From the NCBI RefSeq assembly GCF_009914755.1, contig NC_060945.1: a stretch of 64,000 bases of DNA, one strand, 5' to 3'. A program made the position numbers and the translations under genes. Each line of letters begins with the position of its first letter. Positions within the stretch are counted from its first letter, which is position 1. A model generated the notes under the pieces. The model saw nothing but the letters and a program-made list of their open reading frames with translations, was not told where the DNA came from and ran no database searches. Origin of the DNA: the human T2T-CHM13v2.0 reference genome, Homo sapiens. Of the stretch, positions 60,425 through 64,000 are shown piece after piece.

Positions 60425-60685
60425 AGGCTGCAGTGAGAAGAACATGATCCTTGAAATCATGTGAAACCTAATTTGAGGACTTGCTCCATTTCTTGACTCA
60501 GAGTAACTTGGACTGGTTATGCGTCATACCTGAGCCTCTCTTCCCACAGCTCTAAAGTCAAGTGTATGAGTATTAGCAGTGGGGATGGGGAAAAGAACAC
60601 CACTTCTGAGGAAATTGCAAACATTCAAGTTTTAAGCTATGTAAACTATCTCGCACATAGTAGGGACTCCATAAAATATTAGCTT
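60425..60685 (+). mobile_element. MIR SINE
   Basis: AGAACATG...GTAACTTGGAC...CTGAGCCTC...GCACATAGTAGGGACTCCATAAAATATTAGC. Confidence 0.6.
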
Positions 60686-61639
60686 TCTGCAGAATTTTTT
60701 CTCCAGTAGATGAAGTCAGGCTTCCAATCCCTACATTTTACTCACTGGTTGCTCATTCTCTAAATTGACAAAATGGATCACATACGGTTCCCTCTAATTC
60801 CCTCCTGTCCTTTTCCTTGTTTCTACTTCACTCCTTCTCCAACTTATTTATATGATTTCAAGCCTTCAATGCCCCACAAAATTTCTAAAAAGATAAACAT
60901 GCAGATTGAATCTCTATAATTATTTTCTAAAGGAAACATCTCTTCCAGGGTGTTTTAAAAATTTACTAATACTTTTCAGGCAAGCTCTTCCTATTTGCTC
61001 TAGCTCTGTCTTCTAGCTCATTCTTTTCTAGTTCTATCCCTCCATTTCCTCCACTTCTTTTCTCTATAAATTCCTACTGATGTAGCTTCAGGGTCCCAAG
61101 ACTGTTGGAATTATAATAATAACCTTAAGTTATTTACATTCCTTATTACTAATCTATAGGTCATCTTGATAAGATGCTTTAATTGCATATTTAAAAATTG
61201 CAAGCCAACTTCATTTGATGTAATGTTAATTCAGAAAATAAATATTCAGCTACAATAGATACAGTCAATTTTCAATGATTTCAGTAACCTAATTCAGTAA
61301 GTAAGCACGTAATTCTAAAGATCACAAAGGAGAGACATTGTTTTACACTGTCTTTCCTATAAAGGTTGTTATATAGCTCTCATAATTAATTAAAGCATAT
61401 TCAATGTTAACAATTTTTCGGGTATACTTTTTCACTTTTCTTAGTCTCATACAAGTGAATAATTATGAAGCCTGACATTTTATCCTGAATAAGTCATAAC
61501 TTTCAAATAATCCTTTATTAAATAACATATATAAAATATGCAAATTATAAATGTATAGCTAGTTTATTTCAAAAATGGAACACACCTGCATAACAGACAC
61601 ACTGATCAAGAAATAAACTTGACCAGTACATTGCACTGT

Positions 61640-62248
61640 GTTCTATTAGATATATTAAGTGATTCATTCTAAAGATGTGACCTTTCACGATTGAGGGAGC
61701 TGGTTAAACCCATCTGTGTAAGGCTCTTGTCTTCATGTCTGATGCCAGGGCTTGAAGTCCACCAGGCAAGCAGTCAGGAAGGGAAGGTGACATAAAGTCG
61801 ATGAGGGCTATGGCAAGCCAGAACTCACAGGTATAAGTGGACCCCACAAAGGTGCCCCGGGATCTGCCTCAATTCTTACTCATTCCAACCTTCATGCTAT
61901 GATATCTTGTGGAGAAGCTGGCACCCTTTCTCCTGGCACTAACCATCCAGATGACTCAGGAGTTAGAAAGTCTGAAGAGGAATACAGAGCGGTTGCATTT
62001 GCAGTCCCCTCTGCTCCCCCACAGCAAGTAGATAAACCTGCAGACAAAGTAGTAACATGTGTGAGGTACTCCAATGCCTGTCTGAACTTTTGAAAGCAAA
62101 AATCAAAATGATTGCGGCTCCTCTTCTGACTTCAAATATTATGTGAAAATATGTCTTGTGGTCCACCCTATCCAAAAACACAGAGAGAAAGGAATTCTGA
62201 GAAACGTGGCTAATCACAGTTCAATTGACATTTTACAAAGCCACCAGA
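61640..62248 (-). mobile_element. Old ERVL-class LTR, family unresolved
   Basis: GC-richer insert within L1ME-like sequence, ending AGGAATTCTGAGAAACGTG...TTGACATTTTACAAAGCCACCA. Confidence 0.5.
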
Positions 62249-62339
62249 ACCAGTAACTTTGTTATCCTTGAGAACCACATGTGGAAAAGGGAGATAACTG
62301 GGTTGGCGCAAGGCCACTCAGAGAACCCTCTTGAATGTG

Positions 62340-62640
62340 TAATGGTAGTATATGAATGCAGTCTTCAATTATATTTCCATAACAGTTAAATAGGATACAC
62401 TTTCATATGTCATTGGCCATTCTGACATTCCGTTTTCTGAAGTGCCTATTCAAGTATTTTGCTTTTGTGAGGGAAGGGGTGTGTCTTGGTCTATCACTCT
62501 TTTATGGATTTGTAGGATGTCCTCACATTTATTTCAGATACGAGTCATTTGTTGACAAAAAAATAAAGATATATAGATATATATATCACATATCTTTTAG
62601 TATTCTCTGGGTTGCCTATTTGTTGTCTTAATAAATGTCC
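62340..62640 (-). mobile_element. Old L1ME fragment
   Basis: TTTCATATGTCATTGGCCATT...TGAAGTGCCTATTCAAGTATTTTGC. Confidence 0.65.
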
Positions 62641-64000
62641 ATGACTTTTTGACTTATATAACAGGGAGCTCTAGATTTAATACGAAACCAAACACTTAAT
62701 TGGAAAGTAGATCAAAATGGCGAATCCAATATATTAAAGAAAATATTTTTAATCTAGATAGACACACTTAAAATTACATGCCTAACAAATTATTATAGTT
62801 TGTATAATTATACATTTTATAAATAATCTTTTAGAATATTTATTTTAAAATGTGTTTAATATGATTATTAAATGGTTACTATAATATGCAGAGCAAAAGG
62901 GGAGCCTTAAGTCTTTTTTAAAAAACTAAAAATGTTTTTGATGAAAACTATTATTTAACTTCATAAAATGAAAACTAACATGAGAGGAACATAATTATAA
63001 GATAAACAGTGTCACATGGTATTAAAATAATAAAACACATATGCAATGGGCACTTTACAACACAGATAAATCCCCTCTAGGTTACTGTTAGGAGAGCCAA
63101 AGTAACATTTTGTATCTGATTTTATTTATTCAACTTTTTACTTCTTTTCTTGCTCATGAATTTTACATTCCTTTTCCCTCTCTTTCCCTATCCTTTCCTC
63201 ATCCTTTTCCTTATTTATGTACAAGTATCTCAGGATTTCTAATAAACTAAAGGAAAATCCATTACTTAAACAAGCTTCATCAGGCTCTTAGTGTAAAACT
63301 CTATTAGCTTTAATACAACACATGGCAATTTGCCCAAGGCAGTTTCTCTAATTCAGTGCCTAGAAATATCCAGTGATTTAACTTCAGTGTCTGAAATCAC
63401 CAAAGTACTTTCCCATTCCACCAACAGAATAAAGCTGACAGCTCATAAAAGCCATCTTTTGCCCCTTCTAGTTATTTTTCTAGTTAAAGATGAGCTCCAT
63501 GACCTAATTGCCATCCCTTTGCATTCTAATCTAGTATTTGAGGACAGCAATAAAGATGTAGGTTGTTTCTTATGGATAATTTCCTAAAAATTGAGTGTTT
63601 TTAAGTATGAACCTAATATATTTCCTGAAGGACTTAAAGCCTCCTTGTGGTTTATTGGTTTGTTTTAGAAAAAAAAAATTGACTTTCTAAAATAAAATAT
63701 CTATCCACATCGAAACTAGTAGGGAAATTGATATCAAAATTGTCCTCATAAAGGAGGGGACTATATCCATCAACAAAATTCATCTATCAGTGTTCCTATT
63801 TGCATGACCAAGAACATCCAAACTGACTTGATAACAAAATGTGTAATTAAATGTTTGATTTGATAAATTCATCAATTTACTCAAGTTACGCATAGACTGG
63901 TTGGGTCACTGCTGAATAAGCCAACACAAATATTGCTGGCATAAGTTGAGACACCACTTATAACTTGGGTACAATTCGGCTACATCGTTTGCTTCATAAA

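Overview
This is primate genomic DNA, almost certainly human: two AluYb-family elements carry the Yb-diagnostic 7-bp duplication. It is very AT-rich and CpG-poor, like a gene desert or large intron. I see no recognisable cellular protein-coding gene, RNA gene or CRISPR-like array. Every longer ORF in the supplied track falls in L1, Alu or MaLR repeat sequence, or is a chance low-complexity ORF. The window is a layered record of mobile elements. It holds a full-length decayed L1PA7-like LINE (52.3-58.8 kb), a 5'-inverted (twin-primed) young L1PA (4.4-5.8 kb), a complete two-LTR MSTA/THE1-type MaLR element (40.0-42.8 kb), about 14 Alu/FLAM copies including AluYb9 and AluYb8, and many solo MLT/MST LTRs, Tigger/MER2/MER58 DNA transposons, L2, MIR and old L1M remnants. 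The least ordinary structure is at 29.4-31.9 kb, where ERVL-like fragments recur both as a direct and as an inverted pair around a 110-bp tandem duplication. There are also a few candidate exons in repeat-free stretches. I cannot support a claim of a novel biological system here. Subfamily names come from my recall of consensus sequences and need RepeatMasker/Dfam confirmation.
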